A stretch of DNA of 64,000 nt, from the sequence record OQ031493.1. One strand, given 5' to 3'. The position numbers were made by a program, and so were the translations under genes. Below, one piece after another: positions 33,425-44,463 of the stretch (positions are counted from its first letter, which is position 1; every line of letters begins with the position of its first letter). The notes under the pieces were generated by a model. It was not told where the DNA came from. It worked only from the letters and a program-made list of their open reading frames with translations, and ran no database searches.

Positions 33425-35793
33425 TATACTACTTCCTCAAGTTCGATTTTCATCAGTCCAGTGGTGTTGGATACAGCATTTGCTGAGTCACAGTTATACC
33501 ACTTATTGCCATCCTTGATGGTGTAGGTGTCAACTTGATTTGCATCGTCCGCCTTATAAGTGAAGTTTAAGCTACCAGTAGAACCTTTAGATAGGTTACT
33601 GCAACGTAGTTTACCAGTATTGGTTACTTCAGTACCAATATCAGTTTCACGGTTCGGCCAAGCAGCCACACTTAGAGTGCGGAATACAAATCCACCTAGT
33701 ACGTAAGTACCACCATTTACACTATTAGCTTCAACACCAGCTAAACCTTTTAGAACCACACTGTTAAAATCGTAGGTTCCTTTAGGATCATCGTCATGTA
33801 CTAGTAATGCACGTGTCCATACCTTACCAGTGGCATCAGATTTCCAATCCTCAGTAGCCCACTTACCGCCAGGCGCATTCATGGCCGGAGCTGCACTTAG
33901 TTTCTGAGTAGAGGTTAAAGTAATGACATGACTTTGTACTTGGGTTCCAAAGTTACCACCTGAGCGAAGGCGAGCTGCTGGATAGGTAACCGTTGCAGTA
34001 GGAGCCGCATTTGCAATAGCTACAACAGCAGTAGCCGTAGCTACACTACCATTAGCTGCACGTTTAGCAGTAATTAATAGGTTATTAGTGCTGTCGTTAT
34101 AAGTACCAGACTTATAAGTAACTACCTTAGCAATTTCTGCTTCATTTGCACTGGTTATAGTGAGCTGATCATTTGGTGAGGAATAAACCACACTATCAGC
34201 ATTAGATACTGTATTGGCTACAGTAGCAGTTTCACCTACTTTAATAGCACTTTGACCAGACGGATAAGTTACTTGACCAATATTAACAACTGGGCGAAGA
34301 TCGTTTAACTGCATGGTGTTAATTTTATCTTCGGAACCAGCATCACTGGAAGTAAACCATTCTGACCATGACCCAGTTGATTTCTGAACACGTACACGGA
34401 AACCATATGCCTTAGTAGTATTACCACGATCAGCTACGTAAAGACCAGTAACCTCTAGTTCTTTAGTAGGTGCAACAGTGCCACTACTTTCTTTCAGTGC
34501 ACCAAAGTCAGCAATTTCGTATGCTACTATATTTTCATCAGTAACAACTTTAATTGCAACAAGGTCATCTTCTTTAAGTTCTGTTTGACCTAACGGATAA
34601 CCGCCAGTAAATACAGCACTGGTAATATTAGCGGGAGTATCGGCTAATACCTTAGTAGTGAATTTAGCCCCATCGGCGTGTTCTACAACAATATCAGCAT
34701 AACCTTCAGTAGTAGGTGCACCAAGATCAATATCGGCGGTAGCAATCCACATGGGTGGATTAACGCCAGGAGTTACAACTGCATCTACGTTATTGATTTT
34801 AACACTAGGTACATAACTAGAATGTCCAGTTATTGCATCAACGATAACCCGAACATTACTAGTGGTCGATAGGCATGACTGTACGCTGTGTCCATCAGGG
34901 GTACGCACAATACTACCTACGTTCTGACTGGGATCAGTTGCTTGTACATCTTTGACGAATACACCGCCACTAATACCTTCATTTTTAGGAAGGTTCTTAA
35001 GATCAACGGTCGTTTCATCAACGCCTTCAACAATACGGATATTACCGTCATTCTTGAATGCAATGTAATCAGTTAAACTACCAATCTGGAATTCACCATT
35101 GTCATAAATACGAATTTCAGACTCAGGTAATTCGGGTAATGCACCTTGCGTAGTGGGCGCAGAAGCGTTCTTTAGATAAGAATAACCTTCTGCTTCCATA
35201 CGACCTTGTTCCATCATACGCTGAGGTATTTTATCACCAGCAGTTAAGTCGTCTTGATTTAGACGCTTATCAAACAGGAAAGCAAAGTTATGGAAAGCAG
35301 CGTTGGATGATAATCCACCATTCTTGCCAGTTACACGCAGTACATCTTTAACTGTGTAACCTTGTTGATTTAAGAGCGACTGGAGTAGTTCAGCAGTCAT
35401 GGTTGCATGCAGTGATGTTAACCATTCCTGTTCAGTACCTTGGAAACCGTTTTCCACAGCTACTTCATATGCACTCTTACCAACATCACCTTTAAGGGAT
35501 GCTATAAACTCTTCTTCAGTACCAACGAAACCTAGATCGACTGCGATTTGATAAGAAGATTTACCTTTAAGCGAATCAAGCCATTCGGTTTCAGTTCCCT
35601 GGAAACCATTTTTAACGGCAATCTCGTACGCACTAAGACCGGGTGCTCCAGTCTGTAGTTTTGACAGCAGAAACTTATAGTTATCGACTTGACCAGCTGC
35701 ATCGGTATGAATTAATTCAATATACTCGCTATCGTTAAGAGTAGCTAGATCCGGCAGTTGACTGATCTTGCCTTTGTCTGTAGCATTTGCCAT
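33424..35793 (-). CDS. gp145: Fibre-associated virion protein
   Basis: KISQLP N-terminal motif, three SAYE.A...GF.GTE.EWL.SL repeats, beta-rich Ig-like C-terminal region; TAATG coupling to gp146. Confidence 0.75.
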   Translation of the reverse strand: MANATDKGKISQLPDLATLNDSEYIELIHTDAAGQVDNYKFLLSKLQTGAPGLSAYEIAVKNGFQGTETEWLDSLKGKSSYQIAVDLGFVGTEEEFIASLKGDVGKSAYEVAVENGFQGTEQEWLTSLHATMTAELLQSLLNQQGYTVKDVLRVTGKNGGLSSNAAFHNFAFLFDKRLNQDDLTAGDKIPQRMMEQGRMEAEGYSYLKNASAPTTQGALPELPESEIRIYDNGEFQIGSLTDYIAFKNDGNIRIVEGVDETTVDLKNLPKNEGISGGVFVKDVQATDPSQNVGSIVRTPDGHSVQSCLSTTSNVRVIVDAITGHSSYVPSVKINNVDAVVTPGVNPPMWIATADIDLGAPTTEGYADIVVEHADGAKFTTKVLADTPANITSAVFTGGYPLGQTELKEDDLVAIKVVTDENIVAYEIADFGALKESSGTVAPTKELEVTGLYVADRGNTTKAYGFRVRVQKSTGSWSEWFTSSDAGSEDKINTMQLNDLRPVVNIGQVTYPSGQSAIKVGETATVANTVSNADSVVYSSPNDQLTITSANEAEIAKVVTYKSGTYNDSTNNLLITAKRAANGSVATATAVVAIANAAPTATVTYPAARLRSGGNFGTQVQSHVITLTSTQKLSAAPAMNAPGGKWATEDWKSDATGKVWTRALLVHDDDPKGTYDFNSVVLKGLAGVEANSVNGGTYVLGGFVFRTLSVAAWPNRETDIGTEVTNTGKLRCSNLSKGSTGSLNFTYKADDANQVDTYTIKDGNKWYNCDSANAVSNTTGLMKIELEEVV

Positions 35794-35888
35794 TTTTATT
35801 TCCTTGCTGTATAAGAAACACTAACATGTTAGTCTTTCGAAGAAGACTCATACAGTAATGTACTATTGCTAATGAGTAATATTTTAAC

Positions 35889-35920
35889 AACATAAGAGAG
35901 TCCCGAAGGACTCTCAAAAA
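35889..35920 (-). terminator. Intrinsic terminator downstream of endolysin
   Basis: GAGAGTCC-CGAA-GGACTCTC with CATAA flank. Confidence 0.7.
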
Positions 35921-35998
35921 GTTACATTGACACAAGATGTGGTTTATCATGAGGGGAAGTTTCACATGATACCATAGACTCCATTCTATTGCTACATC

Positions 35999-36820
<822 letters not shown>

Positions 36821-36842
36821 TTAGGTTCATTGAGGGTATTAC

Positions 36843-37376
36843 TTAACTTTCTAGATAACGGATTTGACCATTTTCTAGATAACGTGCTGCACCATTCTCT
36901 AATAGTCGGATAGTATCTGACGTATCATCAATACGTTGGATTAGTATATTACATTCACCATAGTAAGCATAGCTACTCGACATAGCTACTATCGTGTATG
37001 GAACAACATCCGTAGTTGCATTGATTGGTGTTGTATCAAATGAAACATCATCTGGACCAAGCTTCCAACCTCGTGAACGGTTAATTTCTTCAGCAATTGC
37101 TTTAGGTGTTAAAGTACCAACTATCTTAAGGATAGATCCTTCACCAATAGCACGTGGATCAGCAAAATCTAACCGACGGTAAGTTAACATGTACTTAATG
37201 TCAGTAGTGATGTCGATCATTTCAATAAATGTACGTCCAGGCTCAATCGTGGTTGGACTAAAAAACATATCTTCAAATGTAACTGTTTCTGGTTTGAAGT
37301 TTATTTTTAAATCATCCCGCGCAAGTTTTACTAGCGCATTCCTCGATGCCATGTCATACGGAAAGATATCCTGCAT
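36843..37376 (-). CDS. gp143: Virion-type protein with C-terminal triple RxLENG repeat
   Basis: YRRLDF paralog-family domain; ends IRLLENGAARYLENGQIRYLES. Confidence 0.75.
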   Translation of the reverse strand: MQDIFPYDMASRNALVKLARDDLKINFKPETVTFEDMFFSPTTIEPGRTFIEMIDITTDIKYMLTYRRLDFADPRAIGEGSILKIVGTLTPKAIAEEINRSRGWKLGPDDVSFDTTPINATTDVVPYTIVAMSSSYAYYGECNILIQRIDDTSDTIRLLENGAARYLENGQIRYLES

Positions 37377-37418
37377 GTCAAACCTCTATAGTGGTAAAAT
37401 GTTTAATCCACATAGCAT

Positions 37419-37454
37419 TATAAAGCCTTCCTCTTCAAGAGGAAGGCTATTATA
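37419..37454. terminator. Hairpin with TATAA/TTATA flanks
   Basis: AGCCTTCCTCT-TCA-AGAGGAAGGCT. Confidence 0.7.
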
Positions 37455-37458
37455 GTTT

Positions 37459-37854
37459 TTATTGCATAAGCATCTTTATTAATTCAAAGGTACCTTGCAC
37501 AATAGTCTTTAACACATTGGCACTTTCTTCTGACATAGGTGCACCAGATAAAACTACCATAGTAGATACTGATGCCCCAATAAGAGTAACGCCACCAGCT
37601 AATACCAATACCGCATTACGGTAAGAATCTTTAGCCTTCACTTCAGCAATTTCCCGGCTGAGAATTTTATATTGAAGATCTGAATCGGTAATAGCATAAA
37701 TTAGACTAAGTACTTCCTCACCAGTTATACTTAGATTTATACGTTGTTCCTTTTCCAATACACTATTCAAATAGGTACGTATCTTCTTTCCATAGTCTTT
37801 AGAAGAAGATAAAGGATTACCATCGATCTCAATCAGAACGTCCTCTAGGGTCAT
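37459..37854 (-). CDS. Membrane protein, holin/antiholin candidate
   Basis: GGAG RBS before ATG 37854; TM AVLVLAGGVTLIGASVSTMVVL plus C-terminal amphipathic helix; directly follows spanin genes. Confidence 0.55.
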   Translation of the reverse strand: MTLEDVLIEIDGNPLSSSKDYGKKIRTYLNSVLEKEQRINLSITGEEVLSLIYAITDSDLQYKILSREIAEVKAKDSYRNAVLVLAGGVTLIGASVSTMVVLSGAPMSEESANVLKTIVQGTFELIKMLMQ

Positions 37855-38191
37855 GACTATTCTCCAAATTACGTTGACGTTCGTTCCATTCACGCAATTT
37901 GTCTACTTGGATATTACATAGTCCAAGTGCATCAGTTTGTAAAAGCCAATGTTCGGTCATAAGTAAGAAACGTGCTTCATTCTCATCAGTAACCCCAACA
38001 GCTTTATATCTATCTAATGCATTGATGATCTCATTAGCTGTAGGTGGGGCTTCCACATCGCAAGGGAGAAGTAAACTACTTGGGATTGCAACTGGTATTT
38101 TCACGGGAGGCGGCACAGTAGTGCTCGTACATCCGTTTAGCAATAGCATTAATAGACTTATTAATGTTATCTTTTTTTGTGTCAGTTTCAT
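37829..38191 (-). CDS. o-spanin (Rz1-like lipoprotein)
   Basis: MKLTQKKITLISLLMLLLNGC lipobox, Pro-rich VPPPVKIPVAIPSSLLLPC, later C; starts inside the i-spanin gene in another frame. Confidence 0.8.
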   Translation of the reverse strand: MKLTQKKITLISLLMLLLNGCTSTTVPPPVKIPVAIPSSLLLPCDVEAPPTANEIINALDRYKAVGVTDENEARFLLMTEHWLLQTDALGLCNIQVDKLREWNERQRNLENSHDPRGRSD

Positions 38192-38582
38192 GTTTAATCT
38201 CAGTAGTGGTGCTTTCCCCATTAGTTGTTTTAGCTTTAACCTCAGGCCATACAGGTGGAGTATATCCACGACCTGATAAACTAATGTACTCATCAATCAC
38301 CTCAGTGCGTGATTGCGCCTGCTCTTTTTGTATCTCTTTCTTTTTAGTAATTAGTTCAGCTTGAATTTTATCGGAGATACGATCTGATTCAATCCTAACC
38401 TTTTCTGCCGCTTCATAAGATTTAATTTTTCCAATTAAATCTGTAGAGCGAACAAGTTCCGTCTCATAACTATTTTTGTAATATATGATACCAATTAAGG
38501 CACCTATCAGAATAACTAATAGTAACCATATATGCAATGGCACGCTACCAATTATTTTTCGTATACCTGCTAATAGGAACAT
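38076..38582 (-). CDS. i-spanin (Rz-like)
   Basis: N-terminal TM IWLLLVILIGALIGIIYY, coiled coil, two C-terminal Cys. Confidence 0.8.
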   Translation of the reverse strand: MFLLAGIRKIIGSVPLHIWLLLVILIGALIGIIYYKNSYETELVRSTDLIGKIKSYEAAEKVRIESDRISDKIQAELITKKKEIQKEQAQSRTEVIDEYISLSGRGYTPPVWPEVKAKTTNGESTTTEIKHETDTKKDNINKSINAIAKRMYEHYCAASRENTSCNPK

Positions 38583-38597
38583 TGTTACCTCGAATTG

Positions 38598-39161
38598 TTA
38601 AACAATCCTAGTAAGGTAGTAGTAAGCTATCGCACAAGCATCCATAGAGTGGTCATCTAGACTATCTATATCGATGTTCCATGTGATGTCAGTACGAGAA
38701 CGCATTGCTTCTTTAACATCATCTTTAGTAGTACCCTTTACTTTTTTCATACCCGCATTGATTTTAACTGTAGTAGGATCAATCATGTATAAAGGTATAA
38801 ATCTATCATACTCGTATAATGCTCTATGTACATAGGTCACACATTCTACAAGTACAGCGAAGCTTTGGGCAAACTTACCAAGATAGTTAGACTCTACAAT
38901 AACTGCATGTGGTTTTTCAGTATGTAGTATATTTAGTACCACATCACTCATTTGCTGCATTCTAGTAAATCTACTACCATGAACCTCGGAGATGGCAGCA
39001 TATGCCGGATTTGTATCTTTAAGGTGGCAGGTAAATGCATTACGTACCACCTTATTACTTCCATCCAACTTATCTTCCAGAATAGCTATGCCGAGGTTTT
39101 GTGAACCAGGGTCTAATGCTAGTACCCGAAATGGCTCATCACTCGCTGGAAGCTTAAGCAT
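38598..39161 (-). CDS. ruvC: RuvC-like Holliday junction resolvase
   Basis: VLALDPGSQNLG, VIVES, TKDDV, DHSMDACAI acidic catalytic residues. Confidence 0.88.
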   Translation of the reverse strand: MLKLPASDEPFRVLALDPGSQNLGIAILEDKLDGSNKVVRNAFTCHLKDTNPAYAAISEVHGSRFTRMQQMSDVVLNILHTEKPHAVIVESNYLGKFAQSFAVLVECVTYVHRALYEYDRFIPLYMIDPTTVKINAGMKKVKGTTKDDVKEAMRSRTDITWNIDIDSLDDHSMDACAIAYYYLTRIV

Positions 39162-39163
39162 AT

Positions 39164-40090
<927 letters not shown>

Positions 40091-40126
40091 TTAGTACACT
40101 GTACTATTGAGTAAATTTGTAAGAGT

Positions 40127-40156
40127 TCCCCTCCACATGGAGGGGATTTATGCTGT
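40127..40156. terminator. Family hairpin variant
   Basis: TCCCCTCC-ACAT-GGAGGGGATTTATGCTGT. Confidence 0.75.
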
Positions 40157-40644
40157 TAAGCAAATTTTTCAGGAGCACCACGTACCATTACACAGATCCA
40201 TGATTGTCCATTATGGGAACGTTTTACTTCATGTAATTGGGATAGATGGAATACTAATCCTTCACCTTTTCCAATTAATAGTTCCTCACCATCTAAAATG
40301 AACTTAGCATCAGGTCCAATATTCCAAGCAAGAATAGTACCGGACTCGGGTTTATCTACCCAATAATTCATCTCATCTAGAAATCCATCTATTTTGGGGA
40401 AATCTAAAAACCATACTTGCAGTGCTTTGTTAAATAGTTCTTCGCCTAAAATTGGCTTAATTTCTTTACGCTGTTTAGCAGTCCAATTAAACCATTTTGA
40501 AGTATTATAAACACTACATGCTTTAAGGCCATTAGTGCCAACTCGCATACGGTGGCCATATGAGTCTCTAAATGAAACTTCGCCTTTAAGCTTTGTTAAT
40601 GTTTTTAGTTCTGCCTTAGATAGAGTCTTAAGTTTAATTGCCAT
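40156..40644 (-). CDS. Cupin/2OG-oxygenase-fold protein with degenerate metal motif
   Basis: DSBH-like pattern, GFLDEMNYW in place of HxD, distal LHEV. Confidence 0.55.
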   Translation of the reverse strand: MAIKLKTLSKAELKTLTKLKGEVSFRDSYGHRMRVGTNGLKACSVYNTSKWFNWTAKQRKEIKPILGEELFNKALQVWFLDFPKIDGFLDEMNYWVDKPESGTILAWNIGPDAKFILDGEELLIGKGEGLVFHLSQLHEVKRSHNGQSWICVMVRGAPEKFA

Positions 40645-40652
40645 GTTGTACC

Positions 40653-41213
40653 CTACTCGTAGAGATATATAAGGACGTATCTTTTATTTTTAACTGGAGG
40701 GACTTCATGTGGCTCTGAACGGATTGGAAAAATAGTAGCCCTACCTGGTACATCCTGATAAAACTCACCATTGATCGTTATACCATCGCCATTGTCATTT
40801 AATGCAATAACCATGTTGTAACGATAAACAGCTTGGTCGATGTGTTCAGGCATACCTGTACCAATTTCATATCGGTTGATTAGAACTTCGCCTAACCAAG
40901 CACCTTCTACCTTAGGTGCAATATGAAATAGTAATTCCCGTAATTCCACTGGCATTTGGTTATGACCTAAAAACCAATAATCACATTCAGTGATACCTTT
41001 GGTTGGGATACTATTAATTTTTTTCCGATTAAACCACCAGGAATCACCCAGTGTATCCAGATAAGATACAAGGTCAGCTGCAAATTCAGCTGAAAACACG
41101 TCCCTGGTCGATCTTTCGTGGGCCGATAAGCTCATGCAGGCCACCTGCATATCGATGTGCTTTCTCAGCGTCGAGATCTTCCCTGGATTTATAGATAACG
41201 TCTGGGCTCTCAA
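40653..41213 (-). CDS. 2OG-Fe(II) oxygenase (start uncertain: TTG 41213 or a downstream ATG)
   Basis: LINRYEIG..EHID, NMVIAL, PHEV, KRYVL = HxD...H...R signature. Confidence 0.8.
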   Translation of the reverse strand: MRAQTLSINPGKISTLRKHIDMQVACMSLSAHERSTRDVFSAEFAADLVSYLDTLGDSWWFNRKKINSIPTKGITECDYWFLGHNQMPVELRELLFHIAPKVEGAWLGEVLINRYEIGTGMPEHIDQAVYRYNMVIALNDNGDGITINGEFYQDVPGRATIFPIRSEPHEVPPVKNKRYVLIYLYE

Positions 41214-41688
41214 TTAGGGCCTCCTTATGCGCGCGATTAGTTCGTTTAACAAGATCAATATAATCAAGCATTTCTTCTAGTTCATCTAACTCTTGACCAT
41301 ATTTTTCAGCTAGCTGTTTAATTGCACGTGCAAGGATATTAATTTGCTCAGCCACTGGATAGCGTTCAGTAATTTTGTAGGCCACTTTACTATTTAAGTG
41401 ATCTTCAGTAATCACTTGTGGCGCTTCTTCTTTAGGAACAATCTTCCAATCAGAAAGGGTAGGTTGTTTACCAGGTGTATTACTTACGACTACATCATAA
41501 GTACCCATTTCTGCTTCAACAAAAATGGTGTGCTCACGTGACTTAGCATCAAATGCATCTAAAGGTAGATAGCCCACGCTTTGTAGGAATACCTCAGAAG
41601 TACGGTTAAACATTAATAGTACTTTTACTTTATCTTCAGTAGGTGCAGTAGCTAAAGATAGTTCTTGGAGTGATAACGGATTATTCAT
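41086..41688 (-). CDS. Possible fibre assembly chaperone
   Basis: TAATG coupling to the upstream fibre gene; KITERYPVAEQINIL motif resembles proteins that follow fibre genes. Confidence 0.5.
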   Translation of the reverse strand: MNNPLSLQELSLATAPTEDKVKVLLMFNRTSEVFLQSVGYLPLDAFDAKSREHTIFVEAEMGTYDVVVSNTPGKQPTLSDWKIVPKEEAPQVITEDHLNSKVAYKITERYPVAEQINILARAIKQLAEKYGQELDELEEMLDYIDLVKRTNRAHKEALIESPDVIYKSREDLDAEKAHRYAGGLHELIGPRKIDQGRVFS

Positions 41689-43079
41689 TATACAAGTGCT
41701 CCAGCTCGAATCATCCAACGCCATGTACCATTATTTCTAACTGCTACATATTGCTGGTAATAATAGGCTTCAAAGGGGGTATTAGTTCTAACACCTACAA
41801 CAGCGTAAGTGCCTTCAGGATATTTGGTATTATCTGTAAACATCGTATTTAACGTGTTTAACGCTTCTGCTTCACTATTTACCTGACCTAAGGTAATGGC
41901 TTTAATCTTATCTTTGTTCCACTCTTTAAAAGCTTCAACCCAGTCTTGCCAAGTACCATCGCTCGCTAGATAATATCTCTCAGGGTCATTTAATATTGAT
42001 GCATTACCTTTACCTAATGCATTCCATTTAAATACGCCACTAGTTACTTCTTCAGCTGGAATATCTTTTCGAACATCATTCCAGAAATTCTGATATACCT
42101 TACCTGTTCCAGTAACTGGATAACCCTGACTATTAGTAGTAGCACCAATAGTGGTCGCATTAGCAGCTTGTTCATTAATACCTAATAATGGAGTTATTTT
42201 AGAATCCATCACTGGTTTGGTATATGATCCAACTTGGTCAGCTGTGACAGCATGTGGGTTATTAAAGTTTTTAATATGTGCTGCAAGTTTAGCCAACGTA
42301 TCAATATTAAGAATACGATAAATACCACCAATTGGCATGTATTTATTATTTACGTTTCTATTAACTGACTCAGCTTCAGTAGCAAAACCCCAGTTGGATA
42401 TCTTATCAAGCGGTGGAATTAACTTGAATCGATCATCAGCATGCGGATTATTATAATCAGTTAAGTGTGCTGTAACTCGATCTCTATAATCGTCCACAGC
42501 GGTTTTTGCATCAGTGAGATAAACTTTATAATAATCATCGGCAGCATTATCCATGGCACTTCTACCGACCCGATAAGCGTGTGCTATTCGGTTTAATTCA
42601 GTTACCATTGTATCTGTGCCATAAATCTGCCAATATTCATGGCCGTGAGGTGCAGGCGGATATGCATCGGGTTTACCAATAATATCATCCCAAGTGAAAC
42701 TTAATTCATCTAATTCAAGTTTATCAAAAACAGCTTTAAGTTCTAATGCTGAAATACTAAAGAAACCACCAACTGCTCTATATGTAACTTGGACATTAGG
42801 ACTAACATTAGGATCAGTTACTACAACAATACCCATTACTTCTAAGCCAGTCATTTCAGATAACTGTGAATAAAGATAGGTTGTTTTATATTGATCTTTG
42901 TTTAAAGATAAACCAGTCTTCTTATCACGTAGATTAAAGTCCTTAGTATAAAAACCACCATGTGTACACATAAGTACGCGATGTGTTTTATTATTGACTT
43001 GAATAAGTGTGTGATCCTCATCTACAATGTAATTAGATGCCAATTTAGCTTTTAGATCTAATGGTAAAAAAGTAATCAT
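41688..43079 (-). CDS. Tail fibre-like paralog (gp135 position)
   Basis: LPLD N-domain, H..D.NNPH..T..QVG repeats. Confidence 0.8.
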   Translation of the reverse strand: MITFLPLDLKAKLASNYIVDEDHTLIQVNNKTHRVLMCTHGGFYTKDFNLRDKKTGLSLNKDQYKTTYLYSQLSEMTGLEVMGIVVVTDPNVSPNVQVTYRAVGGFFSISALELKAVFDKLELDELSFTWDDIIGKPDAYPPAPHGHEYWQIYGTDTMVTELNRIAHAYRVGRSAMDNAADDYYKVYLTDAKTAVDDYRDRVTAHLTDYNNPHADDRFKLIPPLDKISNWGFATEAESVNRNVNNKYMPIGGIYRILNIDTLAKLAAHIKNFNNPHAVTADQVGSYTKPVMDSKITPLLGINEQAANATTIGATTNSQGYPVTGTGKVYQNFWNDVRKDIPAEEVTSGVFKWNALGKGNASILNDPERYYLASDGTWQDWVEAFKEWNKDKIKAITLGQVNSEAEALNTLNTMFTDNTKYPEGTYAVVGVRTNTPFEAYYYQQYVAVRNNGTWRWMIRAGALV

Positions 43080-44452
43080 TATGCCGGTTCCCCTATATTA
43101 GTCCACGTTGATCCAACTTTACGTAGGAATAGAGTATTCCTATAGGAAGTAGCTGTTGTACCATTGCCATGTCCAATAACGAATTCTTGATCGTAATGGC
43201 AAATAGCTAACGAACCAGGCCACCATTGTTCAGGATCTGAGAAGTATGTGTTATGGAAAGCAATTGCTTCTTGAATAGACTTAAAGTTGGTGTTATTCCA
43301 GTGGACCATCGTTCCTGTTTTTTGGAAGCGATTAAATATAAAACCGAAATGAGTCCATTGACCATTAGGCATCAATGTCCAATCACGGCCTGGCCAGGTA
43401 GCTGAATTACCAATCCTACCAGGTGCTAGTCGACCAGTCGTCAATACACTTAAAGGCATTTTAGCACGTACTGTTTCACCCATGCTATAAACATCTTGAC
43501 CAAATAAAAGTTTAGACGTATTGGCTGTTTTACCTTTATCTAATTTTTGATTTAGTAAAATATTAGCTTGAGTAACAGTATACGTATTTAATTGTTCAGC
43601 CGTTACCCTGTGTGGGTTAGTGGTGACATCATTAACGTGTGCCAGATATTGAACTGTATAATTGGTATCAACTGATAACTTCATTGACCATGGCGTAGCA
43701 TAGACATTCATGATAGCGCCATTTGGCTGTTTGGCTTGTGTTTCAGTTGCAATGCCAGCATTATAAACATTACCTAATGCCACTTGCCCTTTACGTGTCT
43801 GGTGTGGGTTAGTGGTGGTATCATTGATGTGTGTAGTAAGTCGTGCTTCAATTGTATTAAGATCAGCTTCTATTAGACTTAACTGATATTTAAACTCATC
43901 TAAAATGGAGTCATATGAGTCTGATGAGCTTTTCTTTAATAAGTCAGTTATTTCTTTTAACTTAACAACTCTAGGCGTAAAACCATAAAGTTCCCAATAG
44001 GCATGCATATGTCCATTAGGTTTAAATTGGTCAGGAATATCTAAAATATTAGACCAATGTGGTTTACGGGTATTATTTAAAAGAGCGTTAGCATGCTCAG
44101 ATATGGAAGGGGCAAGGTTACAGTATATACCACCGCACATCTGAGCATCAATGTAAATATCCTCGTGGACATCTTGTTTTGTAATAACAATTACTGAACA
44201 CGCTTCAAGTCCAGTCTTCTCGATTACTTCTGGATTAATACCAGTACACTGATAATCCATTTCTGGATTTAACTCATTCTGCCTACCATCTCTGATAACC
44301 ATTCCTTTAGTGTAAAAGTAACCCTTATCCATCACGATGATGCGATAGGGGAATCCTTTCTGTTTTGCTAGTGAATGGTATTCACCCTTTGTTCGGTTAC
44401 TATAACTCTCTCCAGTTTCATCAAATGGAAGAGGTAAAAGTAATGGATTCAT
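43079..44452 (-). CDS. Tail fibre-like paralog (gp134 position)
   Basis: Same N-domain; HINDTTTNPH and HVNDVTTNPH repeats. Confidence 0.8.
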   Translation of the reverse strand: MNPLLLPLPFDETGESYSNRTKGEYHSLAKQKGFPYRIIVMDKGYFYTKGMVIRDGRQNELNPEMDYQCTGINPEVIEKTGLEACSVIVITKQDVHEDIYIDAQMCGGIYCNLAPSISEHANALLNNTRKPHWSNILDIPDQFKPNGHMHAYWELYGFTPRVVKLKEITDLLKKSSSDSYDSILDEFKYQLSLIEADLNTIEARLTTHINDTTTNPHQTRKGQVALGNVYNAGIATETQAKQPNGAIMNVYATPWSMKLSVDTNYTVQYLAHVNDVTTNPHRVTAEQLNTYTVTQANILLNQKLDKGKTANTSKLLFGQDVYSMGETVRAKMPLSVLTTGRLAPGRIGNSATWPGRDWTLMPNGQWTHFGFIFNRFQKTGTMVHWNNTNFKSIQEAIAFHNTYFSDPEQWWPGSLAICHYDQEFVIGHGNGTTATSYRNTLFLRKVGSTWTNIGEPA

Positions 44453-44463
44453 CTAAACTATCC

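Noticed and set aside
35926-35998. Imperfect hairpin and 20-codon ORF in the endolysin 3' UTR
   Set aside because: Weak stem and poor RBS spacing; insufficient support
41086-41226. AAGGAGG plus TTG start giving a 128-bp dual-coding overlap as a special mechanism
   Set aside because: The SD-like string is also just the His-Lys-Glu-Ala codons of the upstream gene, and downstream ATGs are equally plausible; the start is unresolved
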